Assembly: GCA_977862235.1 (NCBI GenBank)
Contig: OZ374563.1
Location: forward strand, 2,046,001-2,110,000
DNA from: Dudresnaya verticillata
Taxonomy: Eukaryota
DNA: 64,000 nt
Reading direction: 5' to 3'
How positions within the stretch are numbered: the first letter of the stretch is position 1; each line of letters starts with the position of its first letter. A model generated the notes under the pieces. That model worked only from the letters and a program-made list of their open reading frames with translations, had not been told where the DNA came from and searched no databases. A program made the position numbers and the translations under genes. This document shows positions 21,419-33,700 of the stretch, one piece after another.

Positions 21419-23496
21419 TGCCACCACCGCCACCACCGCCGCCGACGCCGCCGCCCACCTCGCCACCCCGCCCGCCACACATCCGCGGGCCCTCCAGCGA
21501 CTACTCCGACGTGGGCGACTACTCTGCCGACAAGGACTTCTACGTCCCCGGCGTCAACGATCCCGCCCGCCCGCCACCGGAGCTCACTGGCACCACCGTC
21601 ACCGCCGCCTCAGCCTCGGCATCTGCGTCCGCATCTGCTTCCGCTTCCGCATCCGCATCCGCCCCGCGCGGCTCGTCGGCAAGCAGGAACTTTCCCAGCC
21701 CCAATTCCGCCGCAAGCAGCTATGACCCACGCGCGGGTGACCACCCTGCTTTCTCGGACGACGCCGACGACGAAGACCACGAGGACGACGCCGACCGCTA
21801 CACCGCCGACCTCGTGCGCCAGCACTCCAACTTCTCACGCCTGAGCGCCCAGTCCTGGCTCACCGTCGACTCAGCGCAGGATGTGTCGGTCACTAGCGAG
21901 ACCCCAGAGCTGCCGCTGGAGGCGGAGGGCAACGAGCTACAGCCCCCGTCCCCGCAACCGGCAGGCGGCGTCGAGTTCACCCACGTTCGCAACTTTCCCA
22001 AACGCCCGCGCGACGCCGCATTGCTGCCGGGTGCCCGCTTCCCCGCCACTGAGGACCACGACCCGGCGACGCTGTTTGGCGTTGACGAGGAAGCAGACGC
22101 TATCATACGCCTGCATGCCACCCCGCTGCAAAACCTCTCCATTTTTGAGTGCTGCGCCCTGCTCCAGTCCGGCGTTCCGGCCTACAAGAAAAAGAGCTTC
22201 CGCCGTTTTGGAGCGCGCCGCGTCTGGCTCAGCCCTGACTGCACTGCAATGTTTTGGACAAGTAAGAAGAAGGGCGTTCCGTCGGATCATATCAAGTTGC
22301 AAAAAGTTGTCAAGCTCCGCATCGCAGACCGTGAACTGTGTGTCGATGTTACCGATGGATATCGCCTGGCCCTGCTCTTTGCAAATCCGGACGAGGCCGC
22401 ACTGTGGGCCCGTGCCCTTTCCTGCTTGGTGCCCCTGCAGACTCGCGTGAGAGCACCGAGAGGAGTTTTACCGCCTGACAAAGAGCGCGAGGATTACTCT
22501 CTGGTTGACGACACCTTCAACGGACGGTTTCTGCGCGAGTATATGGCAGTCAATTCGTATGTCGTGCTGTGCTCTGCAAGGTCACAGCCACAAAGTGTGG
22601 GAAACAAGCTGGCATTTTCGAGATCTGACGATTCCTTCTGCGGGTTGCGATATATCCCTCACGAACTCGTCCCGTTGCTGCTTCGCTCTCAGGAGGAGAT
22701 TGCCGTCTTAAAGCGGCTGGATCACCCAAACATCGTCAAGTACCACGAATGTCTGCTTGATACTGAGCATGGCGGCAATTACGTACTGTTCGAACAGATG
22801 GCCCGCGGGTCGCTAATGGACGCGTCCAGGCTCGAAAACGTACGTACCATCCCTGAGAACGCGGCCCGTGAGATCATTCGGGACCTTGTCAATGGCCTCG
22901 GATACTTGCATTCACTTCGCATCGCACACGGCGACGTGCGACCGGATAACATTCTCAGAACAGTGGACGGGTTTGTCAAGCTCAACCCGCTGGGTTGCAT
23001 TACGCACGACTTCACGGAAGTCAAAAACTCTCGAGCGTTATTGGAGGCAAGACTGGGTGACGCAACGCCGGCTTTTATCGCACCCGAGCTGTGCTGGCTG
23101 TGCGAAGCTCCGACGGCGCATACAAAGAGTTATGCCATGGATGTATGGTCGGTCGGAGCAGTATTGTATTTCATGCTATACGGCCGTGTTCCTTTCGGTG
23201 GACGGGACGATGAAGGAATACAAGGAAGTATCTGCACGGGCAAGCTTCGGTTTCCTCGACAACCAGAAACATCCCGTCAGGTGCGGAGCCTTCTCAAGGG
23301 CATTCTGGGAGAAAAGGACCCCAAGACGCGAATTGCACTTCCTGAATTGCAAAGACATCCATGGTTCACAAACAATGATCCTGACTCATTGAATCAGGGC
23401 AAATCTCGTCAAACTGCACGACTCATTGTCTCTCCGGAGGAAGTGGACTCTGCGGTGCAGGTAGCAAAAGTACGCATCATGTCAAGAAAACCATAG
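21130..23496 (+). CDS. Pro-rich + PH domain + GRIK/CaMKK-like kinase-fold protein (probable pseudokinase)
   Basis: Poly-Pro N-terminus; PLC-type PH domain at ~22170-22430; kinase fold with EIAVLKRLDHPNIV, HGDVRPDN, TPAFIAPE, DVWSVG, HPWF. Gly-loop, VAIK Lys and DFG are not present. Confidence 0.88.
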
Positions 23497-25146
23497 TTGG
23501 TGAAGCTACGAAATCGTTTCCAAAGCCTCATTGGCGCTAGGTCGCATAGCAGGTTTCGCCGTAGCCTCCTCACCTCGACGTTATCATGGCACGTTGTACA
23601 TACAAATCCCCTTTCCACATTATATTGTGCTTGCCGTGTTGCCAGCAATAATAAACTACGATCGATGGATTGAACTACGGGACAATCCATCCGGCCGAGA
23701 GCTTAGTTCATTCAAACACGAGTGTCCAAATTTCGCATGGGGTGATGCCGTTTGAGACCCTACAACCATAAGCGGGAGAGGCCTTGGATTTGGAGTTGAC
23801 AGGTTGATGAGAATTGGAATCATCTAACTTGCCGCGAACCCGTATGAACAGTTTGGCAATAGCCCACCCGCACTTTGCCAAGGACGAGGAACTCGAGTAA
23901 CCCGGTTTTGCCAGGAGTCGAAACCAGTTGGTCAGGGAATTGAGGTCATACATGCTACAAAGCATTGTGCAAGGCTTGTGGCGTCACTTGCGACATCGTG
24001 CTGCCACGAGTTTTGTGAGTAAACACAGGCCTTCGTTTCGGCTGTTCTCTCGCGAGCATATGAGGCGGGGCGAAACGGATCGACCATGTCGACTTGGCCT
24101 GCGTTCCAGACTAGTCCCGTGTTCTACGAAGAGCAACTTTGATCCGATTGTTCCTATCTCAGCGGCAGTTCGGATACGAACCGGACGAAGATCTTGTTGA
24201 ACATCCATGCAGCGGTGACTGCAGCAGCCAGAAGAGATTCGGAGGTGTTCACCGTGCTCGCAATTGTAGCGATTGCTACAGCAGGCTTGACAGTAACGGC
24301 AGGTTGTGCTGCCAAAGACCAGTTCACAAAGGCGGCTATTATTGGCTGCACAGCAGCTGGAAGCCCGCGCCAATACTGTTGTTTTACACAAATTAGGATT
24401 AATTTTGGTCTCGCACTTCCATTGGACGGTCACACCCTCCGCATAGTCGGGATCACACCCTCGAGCGGAGCACGTAGATCGCGATTCGAGGAGAGTGCGC
24501 ACGCGCCGTCGCGCAGCAGCAAACTGTCGATTGAGAAGCTCGTGGAACAACTTGTGGCTCACGATTCTACGAGCATCTTAGAATTCACAGCGGCTGCGCC
24601 AAAGCCTCGTGATCATTCACTTCCGCTATTGCAGTCCACCGCAAGAGCCAACCCTGCCAACATGCACAACCTGTTACCAGCCAACACAAGTACATGGTGC
24701 TACGACTTGTCATCTATCTGCAGCCACCTCTGAGCACTCTTCCTCTTCTCTTTTCATGCTGGTCCACTAGAAAGGTGCATACACGAACACCTCGTCCTTC
24801 CCCACCACGACGACAAGCTGGACTTTTCACGTTCTCGGAGAGGTACAAGTCTACACCCATGACATGCAAAGACGTCGACTCCAGCCGTGCTGAGGCAGCA
24901 TCTCCATGCAACGGGGACCATGAGGATGGAATCTATCGACTGTATCAAGCGAATCGGCTATAAACCCCGATGCGCGCAGATGTTGCCCTATTTGCATTCT
25001 GCAAGGGAAAGATGAGGGCACTAGCGCAACCCAAAAGAATCACAGGTGCCACCTCATGACAAAAGAAAGGTTTATAAACTGCTCTACCCGTACCTATATC
25101 GTCAACTTTTGGCCGCATGGACGTACCGAAGATTCACACAGCGTAT

Positions 25147-26337
25147 TCAACACTGGAGAGAAGCCCCGTTACTGAGTCTTTGTGGAGCTGCTGGAACCCA
25201 ATCGAAGAGATGTCCAGATTGAGAGATGAACCCAAGTCCTGGAAACTGTTCGTGGTACGCCAAGACCAAGTCTCTCCTCTTTGCTACCAAGGACAAAAGG
25301 TTGATGCGCGACTGATAAGCACTGGGTGAATCACTCTCGGCAGAAAACCCCCACTCAGGGTTTTGAAGTTGATCCGGCTTCAAAGTCATAGCACGCATAG
25401 GAGGTCAGTCAGAGCTCTTCTTCAAGAACTGGAGATTTGCAAGCTTGTTCGCAAAGGAATTCTTGTTAACTTACTCTGGTGATCCATGTGTCGCCTGACA
25501 CGATCAAACGCGTTTCTTCTACAGTCACTTCGATGGCACTGTGACCTGGGCTGTGTCCAGGCCCAAGTATAAACCGTATCCCAGGAAGCGGTCGCCCATT
25601 ATCGGGAACCAACCTAAACTTTCCAGCCCTGTACGGCTCAATGCTTTGTAGATATACCGAGGAGAAAAGAGCTACAGCTCAAAATGGGAACACGTTACAG
25701 AAGATGGAAATTTCATTAGACGACTTTCAAGCCCGGCAGCCTCATCAGCTCCCGTCACCAACGCGCTTTGGTACTTACATAATGACTCGTCAGGTAGCTG
25801 CGTAGTATTCGGGTTTCGTAGGGGGTCAGCCCAAAATTCATGCTCGCGCTGGGCAATGTACACAATTGCGTTGGGGAAAGCAGGACTTCCATCCGCAGCC
25901 CGCAGTCCGCCAACGTGATCAAAATGCCCGTGCGTAACAAGAACAAAATCAATGGAAGTTGGCTTGATTCCAGCGGCCTTCAAGTTAATGAAAAGTTGAC
26001 CACCCTTGCGCAAGAAGGCTTGATCTTGAAGCCCACGAGAACCTGAGTCCACTAGCACTCGACCGACATTAGGGACATCCAGGACGACAACATTCTGGGC
26101 CAAGAGGATTGGGTTGGTTGAGCGAAACGCAGTCGCATACGACCGCTCTACGGCCAGTTCAGGAACGAAATATGGATTATCCGCAATGATGATGGGTCCA
26201 TCGGAAACAACAGTGCCGCGAAGATTTCCCACCTTGAAGTTGTAGACTGCGGCGTTCAACCTGCAGCGGGAAGCAAATACAGATGAATAAGAAATCGTTA
26301 TGAAGGCCGTGAGAGCAGTGAGGGTCAGGTGAGACAT
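25147..26337 (-). CDS. Secreted metallo-beta-lactamase-fold hydrolase (MPH/lactonase-like); exons 26337-25779, 25671-25475, 25377-25147
   Basis: Signal-peptide-like N-terminus; LVDSG and THGHFDHVGG (exon 1), PGHSPGH and GD (exon 2), AYHEQFPGLG (exon 3). Two GTAAGT donors with CTGTAG and TTGAAG acceptors keep the frame. Confidence 0.88.
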
Positions 26338-26837
26338 TTCTGATATTGTTACTGCTTTGGAAGGCAGAAGAGCGTGAAGCGCAGTTGCCCACTACAGGTA
26401 TTCGATTTCGTGGAGCTCTGCTTATGTAGTCTGAGCATCTCTAAAGCTTCCTGAACATTCCTTCAATGCTCTCGTCTGAGCTGAGCCTAGACAAGCCTTG
26501 AGAACGTAGATGCATCTGTAGAGGTATTCAATATTCTCCTCATAGGAAGATTCAGAAGCAGGTATTATCTACCCAGCAGCTCCTGTACGATCACTTTCGT
26601 AGACATGCCGGTCTGTGATGTTGCTTCTGTACTGGAACACGCGAACCAATTATCAACATATCCGCTCACATCCCCAGGCACAGAACTTGTGTAACCACGA
26701 AATGAGGGAGCCTCCGTTCGCGCGCGCTGCTTGACGACTCCCTTCGCGAGGAGCTTTAACGGGATCAGCGCTGTGAAGGAAACTGTTGCCTGTACAGGAA
26801 TGGCGGCGCACACCGCTGGGCATACCGCGCTTCGCAG

Positions 26838-28947
26838 CTAATCTTTCTCCGCCGTGGCATTACGCGGCCCCAGGTTGGTCAGCCTCTCCACGCATCGGAT
26901 GCCACCCAAACGACGCCCCAACGATGCCAGACGCCTTCGAGCGCCAGCGCACGAAGAAGCCCCGTGGCATCGTCCAGCGTCCAATGCCGTTCCATGCCAT
27001 TCTCCATTGCTGGGGAAGGAGGCTTTCAGCACCCAATTGGTTGGCAGCGCTGAAACCATGCTTACACCGTAGAAAGGGCTGGGACCGACGGACATTCCCA
27101 AAACCGCCGCGGGTGACGAGCTCCGCACTGACGCTATGGCACGTGCAGTAGGTGTTTGAAAACGTGTGCCAAGAAAGGCATTGGTTTCTCTCATACCGGA
27201 GGAGGAGATTCAAGAGGTTAGCAGTTTCTCACACACGAGCCGAAACCTCGATAGCGGTGGCTCGTCGGAGGGGCACCAGCCTGGTGCCACCAGTCTCAAA
27301 TATCACTACCCCAGTCGTGCAAAGAAAAGCACGTTGCACGGGTACAAAATCTGCGGCCCATCCAACTATTGTTTGACATGCCCTCATTTTCTCTTGTATG
27401 CGGCCGGCGCAAAGAGAAGATAAGGATGGTTGCAGGCAGGCTCACACAAACATGGAATGCTGCGTCGACTCTCGTACGCCGCTCCTGATAAAAGGAAACC
27501 ACTCCCCACAGTCAGAACATTCATTTCCATCTCCCAGAAAGATGCTAGATAAAGGATCTCGACAAGGCGTCTTCATGCTCTTGGAGTAAAGATCCACTTT
27601 CCTTCTGCCATGCCAGCATCAATGTCAAACTCTAGTTGTTCATAGGTTTGGGACAATGTCAACATTGTCGAAGACTTCTCGTTGAATTTGAAACTGGAAT
27701 CGACATCTTCCAACCCGCCATTTCATTGAGAAGTTAAATCTATGCGCTCATGTATTTTGGCAAATGAAGTCGGTTAGCGCAAACATCTTTTTGCAACATT
27801 CTCGCGCTTATTCCCAACCCGCATGCCATGAAGAAGCAGAATACCAAATCCATAAAAAGTTCATTGCTTCATCCTGACCAGGAACTTGTACTTCCCGAGC
27901 CCTTTGGCGAGAGTGTGGGCTTGGACCAATTCTTTGGCAACGACGAGGCGATCTCCGAGCCAAATCTGACAATGCCCTCATGCGCAAGCTTTGCTTCCCA
28001 AGAAGGCGAAACATCCCCCCAAACATCGAGGCCCACAATGGATATCGACCCCGTCTCACCTTTGCATTCTTCGAGGAGTCCAAAGAGTCGAAAAAAGAAC
28101 CTTTGGCAATGAGGAAAGAAATGGCCTTGAATACATATGCAGAGAGCAACCAGTCATTGCTTAGCGTTTGTTATACGGATTCAACGCAGTTAGCAACTCT
28201 TCTCGTACACATTACACCGTCAAGCAGTCGTCGGTCCATCCTCAGAGTGGAAACTGCGTTGGGATCTATCGTCTCCTCATCATCACAATCCCGTATTGCT
28301 TCCTATTACATCCAGCTCATGAACACCTCCTTTCAATACAGCAGATGAGTCGAGTTGCTCTGCGAAATATAGAGCCCTGGAGCAAGCGAAGTGCACCTGG
28401 TCGAGAACAACTCTGTCAATAGCGCTGGGGTGTCGCAGTCGACGTAAAGGAGGCAGTCGAACTTGTCCCGGAGCAGGTCTACGATAGCATTCCTTGCGAA
28501 TTCGGGAGACTTTGACAAGCCAAGAACGGAAAGCCCATTGACTCTTTTGTCTTGCATCGATTCGCTGAATGTTTGTTGTCTTCGATAGGCCGTAGTCGTT
28601 GCGCAGGCGCTAGCCGTTGACTGTAACTATAGCTTGCGAAGAAGTTGGCCTTGCAAGCTGCTGAAGTCCATTGCGTCTGATTCATTTCTTGCTGTGGAAG
28701 TATTTGAGGCAACGGTATTGAAGATGGCATGGTCGATGAGGCGACGGGCGAGCTGTTGAGTGGTAACGACAACAAGCAAGGCGTATGTGATCCGGAGGTC
28801 AACGCAGCAGCAAGGCGGCATTGTTAGCCAGGCGTGTTTGGAAAGCTCCTGCGGATTGACGAGCTCTGCGGCCTCGCGGAAGAAAGGCGCTGATGACGTG
28901 AACGAATGGCGGCGGCTTAGCAGCAATGTTCGACCCCGCTCCTGCAC
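26838..28947 (-). pseudogene. Possible decayed gene of unknown family
   Basis: Chain of protein-like minus-strand ORF pieces broken by stops and frameshifts. No motif recognised with confidence. Confidence 0.25.
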
Positions 28948-29713
28948 AATGAAATTGTGTGCGATGGTGGTGCTCTTCGAAAAAATATGTTCCGGTCGAC
29001 TGGCGTCTACGAGGTTTTAGTCATCGTCGACATGTATCTTGTCGGACAATAATGAGCTGAGGGCTGGATTCGGAACGTGGGGAATCTGTGGGTTACAAGG
29101 AAGGAGCAGAACGCTTCTTCAATAGCTTGGAAACAGAGACGAGACTTTTGGAGCGAGCCGCGCCTTCAGCTGGGCGAATCCGTAACCCAAAGCCGTGGTG
29201 CAACAGCGCACCGGGACATGCAGAACGGGCGCGGCGTGGGGGTTCTCCTTCCTGTATCTGCGCATCATGCATAAGCAAGATGCCTTGCCGCTGTGGGCGT
29301 CAGAACGGCAATCAAAGCAACATGCATGGGGCAAGACATGTTACTCGGCGCACTGAGGAACCCTTCAACGGCAAACGCGGTCTCCCCGGGCGGGGCGTAG
29401 TGACGTCACCACAGTGCTGGACCCAATGCTGAAGAGGCCAATGAACGAAGCGATTATGGCACTCGGATCGGGGTTCCACTCTCCATGCCAAATAGTGTTA
29501 CTTGCCTGCCGCACCGCATTAGTGCTACCGCATCCGTTCGCATTCCTTCGGCAAGCGAAGAATGCCACCCGCATGGCGACGCGCTTGCGAATCTTTGTAA
29601 CCCGTCTGAGAAGCAATAGCAACAGTATAAAACTCTTCCCGTGTCGAGTTTCCTGCATTAATGTGCGCTCTTTGCTCGCACTTCTTCGTGTTTCCTGATC
29701 CTATTTAGAGAGC

Positions 29714-30705
29714 TGAAAAGGAATATGGAGAGGTTGGAGTTGAACAAGATGAGAAATGGAAGTCGCTTGACTTCGTTTACTGCAGTCGACCATCCGACAA
29801 GGCTTATATCAGCTTTTCGGATGAGTTGCTGCGTGAACACAAACAAAACAAATCATTAAAGAAACGCCCAAAATCCCTATCATCAAATGGGCGGGAAAAA
29901 GTAAAACAATTAAATCTACCAAATCATACTCTCAGCACACTCACATCCGCCACCAAAATGGGCGGGAACTTGCACACCAGTGTTGCTAACTGCTGACATC
30001 AGCAATCCCTCTTGCGACCGCATTTCCTGCCATCCATATGTACTCCAACTTTGGGCGGGAACTCGAAAGTATCGAGTGTCCCCGCATGGCTGCTGTCGGA
30101 CAACGCTGCACACCACGTGGCCGCACTTACCAGCTCAAGTCCGTCCATGAATATCCAACTTGGATCATTGACCACGTAATCACCCAGATTTGCCTACGTG
30201 GCAGCTGTAAACCAACGTGTCGGCCGCACGACAGCTACGTGGCAACTGTAAACCGACGTGTCGGCCGCACGACAACTGCATCTGCTGATATCACAAGCCA
30301 GGCTCCACGTAGCGCAAGTCCCTGCAGTACCAACTCAGACGCCATCAGCACATTGCATGGCACGTTCATATGTACTTGTGGAGTACAGTGCGCGTCATAC
30401 CAACACCATTCCATGCCATACCACGTGCATCCATGTGGTCCAATCAGATCGTTCCACTTGGCCGTTCCTGTTATAACCGCCAATTCCAGCACAACACTTG
30501 TAAGCCATATAGACCATGGAGGCGGTTTGTAACAACCAATCAGAAGCCCGTTTCACGTTGCTTTTGCAAAAGGCCTAAATGCGCCGTGATTTTGGAAGCC
30601 CGGAAAAAGGGCTGTCGTCTCCGGAAGGTTTGGTGAAAGCGTGCCAGGGTACCATCTGGGGTACCTGACCCGTGACGTGAGGCGCCAGCGACCATGTCCT
30701 CAACA
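29714..30705 (-). repeat. 3' LTR of the Copia element (992 bp)
   Basis: Direct repeat of 35959-36950 at offset 6245; reads TGTTGAGG...TTTTCA on the minus strand. Confidence 0.96.
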
Positions 30706-33700
30706 CTCCTCCTCGATGGCTCCTCCAAGTCCAACCCTTGGTAGAATCCTATTGAGCAAAGTGGGCCCGAGTGGCTTTGTCAGCAAGTCCGCGTCGTTGT
30801 CTTCTGACGGCACATACACCACTTCCAGAACAGAGTCGGCGACAAGTTCGCGAATGAAGTGTACACGAACGTCGATGTGCTTGGCACGACCAGACGGACA
30901 GCGTTCTCCAGTAGCCCAATTGATGGCAGACTGGTTGTCTGATCTCAATGGAACCGGGCCTTCGACGTTCAAGTCGGCCTCCTTCAGCACTCGCGTGACC
31001 CAAACCGTCTCTTTCGCAGCCAGAGTCATTGCATAGTACTCCGACTCGCAAGTTGAGAGAGCAACAGTTGACTGCTTCTTGGATCCCCAAATACACACTG
31101 CATCTCCCAGTTTCACCATGTAACCAGACATAGATTTTCGGTCTGTGGTGTCACCGGCATAGTCAGCGTCCACATAAGCTTGGATACGAGTGCTTCCGGA
31201 CTGGTACGTAACTCCATGCTTGTGAGTGCCTCGGAGATATCGCAGAACCCTCTTTGCACCGCGGTGACAGTACGCAGTTGGAGCCTTCTGGAACCGTGCG
31301 AGGATAAGCACAGAGGCCAAAATGTCCAGCCTTGTGCGAAGCCCCAAGTACAGAAGTGACCCGATCATCTGCTGGTACGTCTCAACCGACACGACGGCCT
31401 TGTCCTCTTCGGCGGCAAGTCCAGTGAAGAAAGACTCAACCATCGGCGTACAAGCCGGCTTAGAGTTCTGAAGTCCAAATCGACGAAGAACACTTTCCGT
31501 GTAGACCTGTTGAGTCATCTTGAGGGACACAAATCTGCCATCAGAGTCTAGCTTCCATCCAAGCTCGACTCCGAGGAAGAGGTCAACCCCTTCAGACAGC
31601 CGTAGATCGTAGAGGCCCTGCAGCTCCTTAACAATGGCGTCTCTCTCCGCCTTTGTGGGCGCGAGGATGAGCAAGTCATCAACGTACACCAAGATGTATG
31701 CGTATCCAGAAGACTTGGATTTGCGACGAAACACGCAAGGTGCACTTGGCAATTCCTCAAACATCATCCTAGCAAGGTCACCACACAGCTTGGTGTGCCA
31801 AGCTAGGTGAGCCTGTTTTAGCCCATACATAGCCTTCAGAAGTTTGTAACAGAGAGATTCCCTTCCAGGAATCCCACGCGGTGACATTACCCACACGTGT
31901 TCTGCCAGATCACCATTCAGGAAAGCCGTCTTCACGTCTAGCTGTGCAACAAACAGGTTCAAACACAGTACCAAGTATAGGAACATGCGCACCAGCGAGA
32001 ACGACACAACTGGGGCGTATGTTTCCATGTAGTCTTCACCATACGTCTGGAAGTTTCCACCAGCGACGACCCGCGCTTTGAAGCGCTCGACCGTCCCGTC
32101 GGACTTGCGTTTAACTTTCAGCACGGCGTGCGTTGGAAGCGGCTGTGCACCGGGACTGTCATCACGGACCCAAGTGCCTTTGGATTCCAAGGATGCGAAC
32201 TCATCATCAATGGCAGATTGCCACAACCCGCGCTCCTCCGGAGTGGCAGACATGGCCTCTCGAAGAGTGGGCTCATCTCCCGTTGTGAGGGCAACCTGTT
32301 GTTCAGCTTGTGCAGAGCTCGCCATAAACCATTTCGACGTCTGGCGACGTTGGCGACGAGGATATCGACTCTGTTGCTGGCGTTCTGGATCTGAACTCAC
32401 ACCAGCCGGAGGACTGTCAGAGACGTTTTCTTCCTCAGCCGTGTCATCAGATTCGAATGAGCTGGGTTCTGATGGAGGTAGTGGAGGTGAAGAAGGTGTG
32501 TCAACTTCAATCGCATCCTCTTCATCCTCAAAGTTACCCAGCGACACATCGTCATCAGAGTCCGAGTTGCAAATAGAGGCCTCTGAGTTAGACTCGTAAT
32601 CTTCATCCGAATCTGCCTCGTCCTGCCCATATTCCAACAGGCTTGGAGCACCCGGGAATTTGGACTCGTCGAATGTGACATGCCGCGACTCAACCACACG
32701 AGGTATACCGTCACCGCCAGTGACCAATATCCTGTAGATCCCATGCTCTAGAGTCTCCAAGTGCACCCCCTCAAGTGCACGAGACTCGAACTTGGATCCG
32801 CGTGGGAGCCTTAGGACATATGCAGCACATCCAAACACTCTTAAATGTTTTAAATCAGGAACATCACCTGTCATGACCGAGTATGGCGTAGCCCCAACGG
32901 TTGAGTGTGGTACCCTATTGCGCACGTAGTTGACATGCTTCAGTGCAAACGGCCACAAACATCCCGGTAGATCAGCCTGGATCAGCAAAGTCAGGGCAGC
33001 TTCCACCATGGTTCGGTTCACCCTTTCCGCGATTCCATTGAGCTCCGGAGTATAAGGTGGGGAGAAGGATTTGCCACTGTCTCCAACTCCTCCCAAATCT
33101 TTCTGCAAAGCCAAATACTCCTGAGCCCCGTCTGAGTGGAGTTTTGTTATTTCCGCTCCTCCAAGCTCGATAAACTTTGCTGAAGCTTGATCAAATGCTG
33201 CACTCAACATACGGCGACTTCTCATACATGCGACGACCAAGAAACGGGATTTGTCATCCAGAAACGTCGTGGCATACCGGAAACGATCGGGAAAGGAGAT
33301 CTGGATTGGACCCACAATGTCGGAATGCACGAGATCACCGACAGCTTTGGCCAGGCGGAAGTGCCCTGGGAATGATTGTTTGTGTGCTTTCCCAAGTCTA
33401 CAAGCCCGACACACTTCATGAGTGGAGCCCAACTCCGGAACACCCTCAACATGCTCGTGCACTTTGGCCAAGTCCCGAAAATTAATGTGGGCAAGACGTC
33501 GATGCCACAGCTCAGTAGTTTGCTGCGTGCTGGGGACAGCCAGTACTTGCTCCTCCGAAGTGTGCGGCTCGGGTTCTGGTAGCATGTACATTCCAGAACT
33601 CGCATCGCGAACACCGGATCCAATATAGTACCCATCAGAGTCGAGTACCAAGCGCACGTCCAAGCGGCGAAAGTGGGATTCAATTCCTTTATCTGCCAAA

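Noticed and set aside
19050..21844. Long overlapping ORFs in the GC island (713, 542, 277 and 268 aa) and the N-terminal extensions of the 2328-aa and 924-aa ORFs
   Set aside because: Stop-poor GC repeats give Arg/Ala/Pro low-complexity frames with non-ATG starts; the first in-frame ATGs are 19281 and 21130.
23700..24733. ORFs 23984-24562(-, Cys-rich) and 24194-24733(+)
   Set aside because: Non-ATG starts and no recognisable domain; possibly a decayed gene, but the strand cannot be determined.
28333..28557. NB-ARC-like look of DKFDCLLYVDCDTPALLTELF
   Set aside because: No intact Walker A motif or other supporting motifs.
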